Source: an uncultured Planctomycetota bacterium
Lineage (GTDB): Bacteria; Planctomycetota; Planctomycetia; Isosphaerales; Isosphaeraceae
Direction of reading: 5' to 3'
Assembly: GCA_963845755.1 (NCBI GenBank)
Contig: CAWJTV010000041.1
Location: 640,001-704,000, forward strand
DNA length: 64,000 nucleotides
Position 1 is the first letter of the stretch. The number at the start of each line of letters is the position of its first letter. The notes under the pieces were generated by a model. That model had not been told where the DNA came from. It was given only the letters and a program-made list of their open reading frames with translations, and did no database searches. Below are positions 20,769 to 31,478 of the stretch, piece by piece. The translations under genes and the position numbers were made by a program.

Positions 20769-23221
20769 TTATGATTTTGAATCGATTCTTTCACAACCTA
20801 TCAGGGAAGCTCTGGCCTGCGCCAGCTCGAACTCGCCGGAGTCCGTCCCCTGGGTCCTCAATCGGAATGGCTCGTCTTCCTCGGCGGACTCGCGGACCCG
20901 GCTGGTGGCGCGATGGATGGCATCGTCGAGCTGATTCAGGTCGATGGGCTTGGTCAAGTGGTCGAAGAAGCCGGCTTCTCGACTGAGCTGCAAATCCTCC
21001 TCGGTGCCGAATCCGCTCATGGCGATGCCGAGCCAGTTACCCCGGGCGGCGAGCTCACGCATCAGCTCGAGCCCGTTGCCGTCGGGCAGTTCGACATCGG
21101 AGAGGATCAGGTCGAATCGTGTCTTGGGCCCGTCCACCGCGGCGCGGGCGGCGGCGAGGCAATCGGCGGTCACGACCTCGTGGCCACGGCGGCGGAGCAC
21201 AGTCGCGAGGAAGCGGAGGGTATCCGCATTGTCTTCGACCAGGAGGATGCGCAACGGCGATGCGCGCGGTGCGGTCCGCGGCGTGGCGGGTCGTGTGGGG
21301 GACCGCCCCGTGGTGGTCGTGACGGCCGGGGCGGGGACCGTCGCCAGGTCCAGCCGGAACGTCGAGCCGCGCCCCGTCCCGGGGCTGGTCGCCGTGAGTC
21401 GGCCGCCCATGGCCTCGGCGAGCGATCGGCTGATTGCCAGGCCCAGACCCAGGCCGTGCGAGCGGCCGCGCATGTCGTCCTGGCCTTGTTCGAATGCGTC
21501 GAAGATCCGCCCCATGACCGCGGGCGCGATCCCGATCCCGGTGTCCTCGAACTCGACGACGAGGTGCTCGGCGGCCTCCGCGCCGGGGAGCCCCGCCGGG
21601 TCCGACGGCCCGGGACTGTTGGTCGTCCGGATGACCAGCCGGCCGTCGGGGGGGGTGAACTTCACGGCGTTGTGGATCAGGTTCCAGGTGATCTGCATGA
21701 TCCTGGCGTGGTCGGCCCTGACATGATGGTGCCGGGCCTTGAGCTCGGTCAGGACGGCGAGCCCGGCGACGAGTACCTCGTCGCGGCAGATCTCCACGGC
21801 TCTCCGGATGATCTGGTGAACGTCCACGACTTCGGGGTCGAGTCGGAGCCGGCCCCGGACGATCCGGGAGAGGTCGAGCAGGTCGTCGATGAGGCGGGCC
21901 TCCAGCTCGATGTTTCGGCGGATCATCTCCAGGTCGGGGAGCAGCGCCGGGTCGGGCCGCGACTCGAGCATCGACGAGACGGCGATCAGCGTGGGGGTCA
22001 GCGGTGTTCGGAGTTCATGGCTGAGCACGGCGAGGAATCGATCCTTGGCCCGTGAGGCGGCCTCGGCAACCTCCTTGGCCACGCGTAGGTCTTCTTCCGT
22101 CCGCTTGCGGTCGGTGATGTCCTCGATGATGAACGAGCAAAGGTCGCCCGCCGAGCCCGGGGTGTCCATCGCCGAGAGCGTGATCGCGACCCATTCCGGA
22201 CACGTCGGCCAGAGGCTCCGGCACTCATAACGGACTGGCTGACCGGTCTGCCGGCAGTTGCGGAACCGGCCGATCCAGGCGGACACGTGCTCCGACGGCC
22301 CTGCGAGATCCTTGGCCGTCATCCCATCCAGAGTCCCCGGCGCCAGCCCGAAGAACCGATCGGTCAGCGCGTTGGCCGAGACCAGCCGGGCGCCGTCCTC
22401 GAAGAGCTCGACGACACCCATGGCCATCGCCGACGACTCGTAGAAACTTCGGAGCACCGATTCCTTCTCGCGCAGGGCCCGCTCGCGCGCTTCAGCGAGG
22501 TCACGTCGGTGACCATCAAGAGCAGGCCGCCGGCTTCGGCCGGCCCGGCGAGCCGGCCGCCGCCGGGGGCATCGTCCGGGCCGATCGGCCGCGCGGTCGC
22601 CACGACGTCCTTCACCGTCCCCGCGCCGCGGAACCGGACCTCATGCCAGACCGGTGTGCCTTCCGGCGGGTCAGGCCAGTTCCGCGGGTCGGACGTGGGA
22701 TCCAGGAGGAAATCCGCCAGCGGCCGGCCGACGAGCCGGTCCGGCGGCACGTCCAGGATCTCGCCCAGGCGAGGGTTGGCATAGACCGTTCGGCCGTCCC
22801 GGTCGAGCGCCCAGATGCCCTCACCCGAGGCCTCGACCAGGCGGCGATAGCGGCCCTCGCTGCGCAGATACTCTTTCTCCTTCAGTTCGGCACGCCGGCG
22901 CTGGGCATGCATCCCCTCGAATAGCATCGTGATCAGCAAGGCCAGCGGCACGAACCGCCATAACCGCGTCAACAGGCTCGACGTGTCGCCCGGCATGTCA
23001 ATCGTCAGGACAATCGTGAACAAACCCGCGGCCGTCGCGAATAGGCCGGGGCCTCGACCGCCCATCCAGGCCGAGCAGGTCACCACCGCCACGAGGATCA
23101 GCCGCATCGGGCCCGAGTTGCCGAACAGCGGAGTCAGCCACCAGGGAGATAGGCCCGCCACCACCACCCCCGCCGCGGCGATACCATAACTCAACAGCAC
23201 ATGACGGCTTGATGCGGACAT
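20769..23221 (-). CDS. Hybrid sensor histidine kinase (DUF4118-like TM, PAS, PAS, HisKA, HATPase, REC); frameshift near 22480
   Basis: GGRGPGLFAT TM region, PAS (EGIWALDRDGRTVYANP), SHELRTPL, NLIHNAVKFT, DTGIG, GLGLGL, receiver LLVEDN...SDVELPDGNG...KP. Confidence 0.9.
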
Positions 23222-23465
23222 TCTGGCCCCTCTCCGTTGCTGACCAACCGCCGTCCTGTGGTCGCGCAACGTCCCATACTCTGGTTCGCATCGCCACCGT
23301 GCATTCCGTCTTCCGTTCCACGCACTCCACCCAGGCGGCCTGATTCTACCAATAGTCCGGCCGCGCTCCAAGTCTCGGCGACGTGAAGGGGCATCCGGGC
23401 CAGGACCTGGAACCGGGGCACATTGTCGAGAGCTGATGAGATGCGAAGGGCGAGGTGGAGCCGAT

Positions 23466-23849
23466 TCATGTCTTATGGTAAAGCTCGAAAGTGCCCCGCG
23501 CCCGCGGGGGCAGGAACCGGCCGAGGAAATCTTGTTTTCGGATCAACTATTGACCGGCGAGGAATCCCTTCTCTCGATCGATCTGACGGGAATACTGGAC
23601 CATGGGCCGCCTCTGCTCGCTCGTACCGATGACGACTTCTCCGACGGTCCACCTCACCTCGAGTGATCCCCGGTAGGACGAGGAAGTTCGACCGCTCCGT
23701 GATCTGGTCGTACATCTCCCCCATGATCCGGTGGCCTTCTTGACGGATCTCGGCGGTGATCGCGAACGCTCCCAATTGCTCCGAGCGATGGCGGTAGAAG
23801 CCGACTCACCGGCCCGTCATCGCACCGATTCGAGTCCGTCGTCTGCCAT
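23466..23849 (-). pseudogene. Degraded hypothetical gene
   Basis: RBS GGAGGAG and ATG 23849. Fragments MTGR*VGFYRHRSEQLGAFAITAEIRQEG...GEMYDQITERS and SYRGSLEVRWTVGE...GQ*LIRKQDFLGRFLPPRARGTFELYHKT*, with two in-frame stops and frame breaks. Confidence 0.45.
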
Positions 23850-23919
23850 CTGGCCTCTCCTCCAGATCCCAGTCCATGGAATACCACCCCGTCACATCTT
23901 CCTTGCTTCCGGCCCGCGG

Positions 23920-24255
23920 TCAGCCGAACCGCACGAGCAGGATCAGCGAGGCGATGGCCAGAACCAGGCCGGCGATCTCGTGGGCGTTGAGCGATTCCCG
24001 GAAGAACACGGCGCCGATGCCTGTGAGCAGCACGATCATCGACACGGAGTACACAACCCCGATCGTCGCCAGCTTCAGGTGCCGCATCACGAACACCCAG
24101 CCGAACGCGGTCGAGGCATAAACGACGAAGCCGATGTAGAACCAGCGGCTGCGAAGCGGCTGATCGCGGGAACTGGCGAGCTTGAGCAGATAGTCTCCCA
24201 CGACTCCCACAACGCTGAACGCAATGGTCACGACGACTGCGAAAGCGTACTTCAT
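23920..24255 (-). CDS. Small DMT/SMR-type 4-TM transporter
   Basis: 111 aa, four hydrophobic helices; VGDYLLKLAS, GAVFFRESLNAHEIAGLVLAI. Confidence 0.8.
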   Translation of the reverse strand: MKYAFAVVVTIAFSVVGVVGDYLLKLASSRDQPLRSRWFYIGFVVYASTAFGWVFVMRHLKLATIGVVYSVSMIVLLTGIGAVFFRESLNAHEIAGLVLAIASLILLVRFG

Positions 24256-24549
24256 CGGCAGTCTCTCTTCACGCCTGCAGAGGCCTGCGCGGATGGGAGC
24301 CGGGTTTTACGGTTCGCCCCTGGCATCTTCATCCGCCCTGGCTGGGTAGCCAGCGCCATGGGACGGATCACGGCAGTTCCGTGAGGATTGGCTTCCGCGC
24401 GATTCCTGCCCCGTCGATTGTTCGGTTGGGAAGTCGCTATAATACCCGAAGGGGTCGCGAGGGAACACATGTAGTGACGCCCCCATGGCCCATATGGCTT
24501 CAGGAAGATTGTCCGACTGATGGATCCCTTCGCGTCGGAGGTCCAGGCC

Positions 24550-26094
24550 ATGAACGTCCGTTTGCTCGAACTGTCTCGCCGACGGACTTCGGCCGTCGGC
24601 ATCGCCGCGCTCGCCGTCGCCTGCATGGTTGCCGACGGTCGCAAGAGCGCCCATGCTCAAGGCGGGAGAGCCGCGAATCAGCAGCCGGGGCAAGGGCTCG
24701 ACACGCCGCGTAGCCTGAGTTCTTACGGCATGTCACCCCTTCGGGGTCGATACTGGTCTTATCCCGTCAGCGACCCGACGGCCGCCGAGCGCGCGGCGCT
24801 CGCGAGCCGGATCTATCGAGACCTTCTCGACGAGTCGGTGCCTCGAGCCCTGACACCACACCGACCGGGCGGTGGCCCACGGGACGTCGAGGCCCTCTTC
24901 CGCCTCGAGTTGGCGGAGCGGTTGGGGCAATGGTCTCTCCGCTGGCAGGAAGCCCAGGACAACGCCGCGAAGAGCCGGGCCGCCCGCTACCAGGCCTTGT
25001 CCGATCACCTCCGCCGCATGAGTTCCCTGGAGTCCGGCCGGTTCCGGCATGACACGGCCAGGGCGGCCGGAGGGTCGGTCGAGACCAGGCCGCCCCGCGA
25101 GTTCGCAGAAGTCGCCCGGTTCTTCCGGCGGGTCAACGAGCATGGCATCGACCGGATTATTCCCGCGCTCCTCCAGTCCGAGCGGCCGCTCAATCCGGTG
25201 GGCGTCGCGGTGACTCCTGCCGAGCAGGTCGAGATCGCGGGCCGAGTCTACCGGGCGATCCTGGACGAAGCCGTCGATCGATTCGCGGCCTCACCGCCCG
25301 CGGGCGAGCCTCGCTTGCAGGAGGGAGGGATTTCCGACGGGCTGCTCGCCGAGCGGCTGGCGTACTGGTCGGACCTCTGGAGGCACGCGGAGGACGCCGC
25401 CGTCACGGACCGGGCCTCGCTATCGGCCGGGGCCCGCGACCGCGCGGCGCGGGTCGCTCTGGCGGGGGCACGGCTCGCGCGCCCGGACGGGCGCACGGCG
25501 ACTCTCCGGTCGCACATCGAGCGGTTGGGTGGGTTGGAAAGCGGCCGTTTCCTGAACGACGCCCTCAAGAGGGCCGGCCGCGATACCGTTGAGCCCGTCG
25601 ACAAGGCCCGGTTCCGGGCATTCGCCGATGTGGCCCGATTCTTCCGAATCGAAGCCGAGAGCCAATTGCCGAAGGCGTCACGGTCGAGGGACTCAGACGA
25701 TCCATCTTCCAGCCAGGCCGTGGCGGCAGGCCGGATTTACCAGAGGATCCTGGACGAAGCTGTCCGGCGGTACCGCGAGGACGGGGAGCCGACCGACGCC
25801 CGCCTCGTATTCGACCCTCGTCTCGCGGAGCACCTGGCGGCTTGGTCCATCTTCTGGGGGCGCGCCCAGGTTGGCTCGGACGGCAGCCGGGTCGCGCCGT
25901 TCACGGCGATCCGGTCGCATATCGAGCGAATGGCCTCGCTGGAGGACGGCCGATCGCTCCATGACGCCTTCAAGCGAACCGGCCCCCTCAGCGGCGGACG
26001 GGTCGAACTGGCCCCTCCTCGCGAATTCGCCGAGGCCGCCCGGTTCTTCCGCCTGGAAGCCCTGTGGGAGCTGGAGTTGATCAAATCTCGATAG
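24550..26094 (+). CDS. Exported hypothetical protein built of three about 130-150 aa helical repeats
   Basis: Signal-like RRRTSAVGIAALAVAC. Repeated pattern RIYRxILDEAV...LAERLxxWS...SHIERMxSLExGR...REFAEVARFFRxEA. Confidence 0.75.
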   Translation: MNVRLLELSRRRTSAVGIAALAVACMVADGRKSAHAQGGRAANQQPGQGLDTPRSLSSYGMSPLRGRYWSYPVSDPTAAERAALASRIYRDLLDESVPRALTPHRPGGGPRDVEALFRLELAERLGQWSLRWQEAQDNAAKSRAARYQALSDHLRRMSSLESGRFRHDTARAAGGSVETRPPREFAEVARFFRRVNEHGIDRIIPALLQSERPLNPVGVAVTPAEQVEIAGRVYRAILDEAVDRFAASPPAGEPRLQEGGISDGLLAERLAYWSDLWRHAEDAAVTDRASLSAGARDRAARVALAGARLARPDGRTATLRSHIERLGGLESGRFLNDALKRAGRDTVEPVDKARFRAFADVARFFRIEAESQLPKASRSRDSDDPSSSQAVAAGRIYQRILDEAVRRYREDGEPTDARLVFDPRLAEHLAAWSIFWGRAQVGSDGSRVAPFTAIRSHIERMASLEDGRSLHDAFKRTGPLSGGRVELAPPREFAEAARFFRLEALWELELIKSR

Positions 26095-26147
26095 GCTGGG
26101 GATTGAGACCTTATCCGCGAGTGATTCGCCAAGAGGAGCCAGGTTCG

Positions 26148-28413
26148 ATGCTGAGACTTGGAGGATTCAAGGCCGCTCTCGGTTTCCTGCTGATCGCGGC
26201 CGTGGCGCGGGCGGACATCGGACCGTTGCGCTACGATTTCGAGAAGGACGACGTCGGCAAAGCCCCTGCGGACTGGGTCCTGACGACGCGCGGCTACCGA
26301 GCCGAGGTGGTGAAGGGTGGCGCGCGCGAAGGCCAACAATGTGTCCGGATTCGGGTTCAAGGGGATGCGCCGAAAGGTGGGGTCGCTATCCTGCTTCGGT
26401 CGATTGACGCGAGGCCGTACCGCGGCCGCATGATCCGCATGCGCGGGTCCGCGCGAATCGAGCCGACGGGGCCGGTCGACCGCGTGCAATTCTGGCTGCG
26501 CGTCGACCGCGCCGGCAACCAGATGGGCTTCTTCGACAATATGGACGACCGCCCGATTCGGAACCGAACCTGGGGCGAGTCCGAGATCGTCGGCGACGTC
26601 GCCCCGGACGCCGAGTCCATCGTCTTCGGCGTCCTGCTCATCGGCGGCAGCCCGACCTGGATCGACGACGTCCGGCTGGAAGACGCCGGAGCAGTGCCCG
26701 CGACCTCGAGAGAGCCGGCGCGGCCTCTGGAGGGGCGGGGACTCGACAACCTGGTCGCCCTCACGCGCCTGCTGGGCTACGTCCGTCACTTCCACCCGAG
26801 CGACGCGGCCGCCTCGACGGACTGGGACGCGACGGCTATGGCGGGCGTCCGCGAGATCGAATCGGCGAAGGACCCGGCGGACCTGGCCCAACGGCTCGAA
26901 AAGCTGTTCCGCCCGCTGGGCCCGACGGTCCGCGTTTTCCCGACCGGCGCCGCACCGTCCACTCCCGACGACTTGAAAATGACGGCAAAAGCGCAGAGAG
27001 ATCGTCTCCTGGGACCATTTCGGCTACGGCAACGATTCGAACCGGCAGTTCCAGATCTATACAAGCCGTCGTCAGCGTTGGAAGCTGACCGACGGTCGCC
27101 GTCCCGACGCGGCACCCGACCCGGCCGAAGCGTTTCGCGCCGATCTGGGCGGAGGCGTCTCCTGCCTGGTCCCGCTGGCCCTGTACGGCGACGACGCCGG
27201 TACACTCCCGCACGCGAAGACCGACCCCGCGAAGCCGGCACTCTCGCGCTACTCGGGCGACGACCGTACGACACGCCTGGCGGATGTCGCCCTCGGGTGG
27301 AACGTCCTCCAGCACTTCTACCCCTATTTCGACGTCGTGACAACCGACTGGTCCGCGGTGCTCCGTGCGGCGTTAACCTCGGCGGCCCAGGACCCCGACG
27401 AGCGCGCGTTCCTGGCGACGCTCCGGCGGATGGTCGCCGCCTTGAACGACGGCCATGGCGGGGTCTCCATGACACCCGGTGGCGACCCGACCGGCTCCCC
27501 TCCCCTGGCCTGGGACTGGATCGAAGGCCAGGTCGTCGTGACGCGGGTCGGCGACCGGGTCAAGGATGCCAAGCCCGGCGACATCATTCGAACGATCGAC
27601 GGTAAGCCCGCCGCCGAGGCGCTGGCCGACGTCGAGCGATCGATCTCCGGCGCGACTCCACAATGGCGGCGCTACATTGGCTTGAAACGCCTGGGTGCCG
27701 GCGCGCCGGGCTCCGAGGTCGTCCTCGGGCTCGGCGATGCCGGTCAGCCGCCTCGGACGGTCCGCCTGTCCCGCGAACAGGGTCGACCGGAAGACTCGCG
27801 ACCGCCGAAGCTCCAGGAGGTCCGCAAGGGGATTTATTATGTGGATGTGAGTCGGATCGACGATGAGGACTTCCGCCGGGCACTGCCCGACCTGGAGCGC
27901 GCCGAGGGGATCGTCTTCGACTTCCGCGGCTATCCCAGCAAGCTAAACCCCTTCACCTTCTTCGCGCACCTGACCGAGAAGCCGATGACCAGCGCACAGT
28001 GGCATGTCCCGCAGCTCCGGCGGCCCGATCGCGAGCGGATGACTTTCCAGCGGCAGGGCGAGTGGAAGATCTCGGCGACCAAGCCTTACCTGAATGCGAA
28101 GAAGGCGTTCATCACCGACGGGCGAGCCATCAGTTACGCCGAGTCGTGCATGGGGATCGTCGAGCACTACAAGCTCGGCGCGATCGTCGGCGGTCCGACG
28201 GCCGGGACCAACGGCAATGTCAACCCGTTCGCCCTGCCGGGTGGTTACCGGGTGGTCTGGACGGGGATGAAGGTGCTCAAGCACGACGGCTCCCGACATC
28301 ACGGCGTCGGCATCTTGCCGACGGTTCCCGTCTCGCGGACGATCGCGGGCGTCGCCGCCGGCCGCGACGAATTGCTGGAGAAGGCGATCGAGGTCGTCGG
28401 CGGCAAGCCATGA
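26148..28413 (+). CDS. S41-family peptidase with N-terminal jelly-roll-like domain and PDZ (frameshift near 26990)
   Basis: Signal peptide; FFDNMDDRPI...WIDDVRLE; LLGYVRHFHPSD; QHFYPYFD; LNDGHG; PGDIIRTIDG; FDFRGYP; AISYAES; GPTAGTNG; HGVGILP. Confidence 0.88.
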
Positions 28414-28480
28414 GATCCGAGGTGGTGGTGCGTGAGGCGCGAGTTTTCCGACTTCGCCCAACATCGGGGACCGTAAGTGT

Positions 28481-30373
28481 CTAATCGGCCATGACTGGAG
28501 GAGCCTTCACGATCTGTTCGAGGGCCTCCGCGGCCCACATCCGGACCCACGGGCTCGAGTGCTTGCGGAACTCGTTCAGGCGGGGGATGGCTAACCTTGC
28601 TCCACTGCCGAGACGGCCGACGTTTTCGAACCAACCATCGAGGATTCCTATCCAGTTCTGGTCATTGTATGCGGGCATGTCCTCGAGCTCTTCCAGATAA
28701 CGGCGGGTCAGCCAATCAGTCTCGAAACTCGTTCGGCCCATGGCAGCGATCACTCTGGCCCGAGCCTCCAGATTGAGTCGCATCTCCCGGTGTCCCTGGT
28801 TGCTCACTACTTGTTTGAGCCATTGCTCGGCGGAATCCTTCCCGTCCGGGGCCAGCTGATACAGCGCGATTACGAGTTCCGGATGGTATCGAGACTCTTC
28901 ACCATATTCTGTCATCAAATTCTGAAGGATTGGGATCGCGGCTTTGGCTTCGGGTCCAATCTGTCCCAGGGCCAGTATGACCGCACGGTAGAGAGGCCCA
29001 TTCTGGTGCTCGTTCTCACGCGTTCTGATCATTTCAATCAAGGCGGGGATTGCGGCCTTCGCCTCGGCCTCAAAGGAGCCGAGAACCTCGGCAGCGGTTT
29101 TGGCGGCATGGTAATCGCGCCCCGGGCCCATGAGCTTGAATCGGTGATTCAGAGCACCAATCAGGATGGGGATTGACGACTTCGCCCGCGGGTCGATGCG
29201 TCGCAGGGCCTTGACTGCGCTGACCTGCGGATCATAGTCATTCTCGAATACCTTTGAGAAATCGCGTGTCACGGTGTTCGACAGAGCGGAGACGGCGTCC
29301 TTGGCCCGCGGCCCTAGCAGGCCGAGGCACCTGGCCGCAGTGTCAACGATTTCGAACTCCTCGTGCTTCAGGGCCTCGATCAACACGGGCACGCATTCCG
29401 TGCCATCAGGATCGATCTGCACGAGGACCTCCAGGAGAACCGTGATGAATGCCGTGTTATCAGACCCGTTCTTCACGAGGCCGATCAATTTGGGTAACGC
29501 CGCCTTGGCCCTCGTCCCGAGGCGCGCCAGCGCCTCGGCGACCAGCTCGTCACCAATGTCTGGGTCGTCGGGAATCTTTAAGGCTTCGATCAGCACCGGG
29601 ATCGATTCCACCGCGGAAGGCTCGATGTGCGCGAGGTCGACCGCTGCGGAGATGCGGATTCGGGACCGCTTGTCCGTCAGGGCCGCACGAAGGGCGGGAA
29701 CCGCATCATGGGCACTCGGTCCCAGCATGGCCAGTTCATTAGTGATGTCGGGTTGAGCTTCGCGGAGGACCATGTCGAGCAGCTTCCGGACAGGCGGTGC
29801 GCCGATCCGCTCCAGGGCGAGGACCACCTCGAAATCGTTGCCAGCCGCTTCGTCGAGCAAGTCGTTCAAGACCGGCACAGCGGCCTTGGCCTCCGGTCCG
29901 ATCCGACCCAGCGCCTCGACAACCTCCCCAACGAGGTTGTCGGGATCTCGCTGGGGATCAAAGGGGGGTCTGATGACGCGGATGAGCGACGGAACGGCCG
30001 CCCGCGCCGGTGGGCCGATCCTCCCGAGAACCGAAGCCGCGCGGGCGCGCATCTCTCCGTCCGGCTCGTTGAGCATGTCACGGAGCGCCGGCACGGATGG
30101 GCCACCGATCCGGACCAGGGCATCGAATGCTTCACTCCAGAATTGGAAGTGGTGGAGCGCCTCGATCAAATCCGGGACCGCCGCTTCGGCCTCTGGCCCG
30201 AAGTATTCCAGGGCCACCAGTGCCTGCCGGCGCTGGTCCTCAGTGCTCGACTTGTCGCGATAGACCGCGATCCATGCCCCGACCGTCTTCCCCCAGAGCA
30301 TACGTGGTTCCTCGGCCCGGGCCGATTGAAGCCAACCGGCGAGGATGAGCAAAATCAGCACGTTGGCTCGCAT
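28481..30373 (-). CDS. Exported HEAT/PBS-lyase repeat protein
   Basis: Signal peptide MRANVLILLILAG...ARAE; many ALGRIGPEAKAAVPxL repeats. Confidence 0.9.
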   Translation of the reverse strand: MRANVLILLILAGWLQSARAEEPRMLWGKTVGAWIAVYRDKSSTEDQRRQALVALEYFGPEAEAAVPDLIEALHHFQFWSEAFDALVRIGGPSVPALRDMLNEPDGEMRARAASVLGRIGPPARAAVPSLIRVIRPPFDPQRDPDNLVGEVVEALGRIGPEAKAAVPVLNDLLDEAAGNDFEVVLALERIGAPPVRKLLDMVLREAQPDITNELAMLGPSAHDAVPALRAALTDKRSRIRISAAVDLAHIEPSAVESIPVLIEALKIPDDPDIGDELVAEALARLGTRAKAALPKLIGLVKNGSDNTAFITVLLEVLVQIDPDGTECVPVLIEALKHEEFEIVDTAARCLGLLGPRAKDAVSALSNTVTRDFSKVFENDYDPQVSAVKALRRIDPRAKSSIPILIGALNHRFKLMGPGRDYHAAKTAAEVLGSFEAEAKAAIPALIEMIRTRENEHQNGPLYRAVILALGQIGPEAKAAIPILQNLMTEYGEESRYHPELVIALYQLAPDGKDSAEQWLKQVVSNQGHREMRLNLEARARVIAAMGRTSFETDWLTRRYLEELEDMPAYNDQNWIGILDGWFENVGRLGSGARLAIPRLNEFRKHSSPWVRMWAAEALEQIVKAPPVMAD

Positions 30374-30474
30374 GAGAATTGCCTCGTCATCGGCGGTTGG
30401 ATTAGACGACGATCCAGGCTCCAAAGTGGGTGACGTCGGGACGCGTCCGGGTATTCGCCATCCTCAATTGTCGA

Positions 30475-30807
30475 TCAACCGACAATGACTCTTGTCCCAG
30501 CCTCCGTGGCTCGACGGGCGGGCCGGATGATGATCTCGACATCACGACCCAGGGCGTTGAGGAACCGGAACAGCCGATCGATCGAGAACTCGTCGAGCTG
30601 ACCCCGTATCAGCGCGGAGACCTGCGGCCGATCGATGCCGAGAACTGCCGCGGCCCGGGTTTGCGTCAGTTTTCGCTCGGCGATGATGTCGCAGATGCGT
30701 TGCACCAGCTCCGCCTTGGCCAGTAACTCCTCAGGGTTCTCGAGGTCCAGGTCTGCAAAGACGTTGCCACTACTCGGTTCAATGATCTCCGGAGGTTCCT
30801 GACTCAT
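30475..30807 (-). CDS. XRE/HTH_37 (HigA-like) antitoxin
   Basis: SSGNVFADLDL...AKAELV...LTQTRAAAVLGIDRPQVSAL...FSIDRLFRFLNALGRDVEI. Confidence 0.9.
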   Translation of the reverse strand: MSQEPPEIIEPSSGNVFADLDLENPEELLAKAELVQRICDIIAERKLTQTRAAAVLGIDRPQVSALIRGQLDEFSIDRLFRFLNALGRDVEIIIRPARRATEAGTRVIVG

Positions 30808-31186
30808 CGTCTTCCGATCGTCTTGCCGCATGATGCTTCTCCGCCGCTTTGAGCCGGCGCCGGATGGTTTCGACTTCCGGCGTCGGTGTCTTGATGCCCT
30901 TCTTGGATTTCTTCTGGAAGATGTGAAGGACGTAAACCGTTCCAGGAAGTTTGACGGTATAAACCCCTCGGTAGGTACTGCTATCCTGATTTTTGACAAA
31001 CTCCAGAATGCCAGCTCCACCGAAGCCTTTGAGAGGCTTGGCATCCGGGTTCTTGCGGCCGATCTGAGCCTGCCAGAAGGCAAAGCCGATCGCCAGGCGA
31101 ACTTCCGGCGGGAAGCCTTTCAGGTCGTTCCGACTCGACCCAATCCAGAAAAGCGGTTTCGGTGCGTCCGTCTCTCCTGTGCTCAT
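30779..31186 (-). CDS. RelE/ParE-superfamily (Gp49/HigB-like) toxin
   Basis: KPLFWIGSSRNDLKGFP...AKPLKGFGGAGILE...TYRGVYTV...YVLHIFQKKSKKGIKTP; toxin-first order upstream of the HTH gene. Confidence 0.9.
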   Translation of the reverse strand: MSTGETDAPKPLFWIGSSRNDLKGFPPEVRLAIGFAFWQAQIGRKNPDAKPLKGFGGAGILEFVKNQDSSTYRGVYTVKLPGTVYVLHIFQKKSKKGIKTPTPEVETIRRRLKAAEKHHAARRSEDDESGTSGDH

Positions 31187-31478
31187 AGATGCCAGTTTGA
31201 GCTGAGATCGACAAGGCTGTCCAGAGATGGGGCTTCGATCGCGGCCTAGAAACATCGAGCGACCAACCGAGTAGACTCCCGCCTGCCAAAATGGCAGCGG
31301 ATCGAGCCGTAGTCCTTCGGCAAACAGTCGCATCTGCCAAAAACGACGATCCGAGGCCGATACCGGCTTGCGACATTAGCTCCGGGGAAGTATATCGATA
31401 TGGGTCACCTTGAGCGGAGTCGCGGCATGGCCGCCGGTTCGGGGCTCCTTTCCGGACGGGATCGTTCGGGGGAGCGGC

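Noticed and set aside
30808..31083. Long N-terminal extension of the antitoxin (202-aa ORF)
   Set aside because: Overlaps the toxin in another frame; the HTH_37-type protein starts at ATG 30807.
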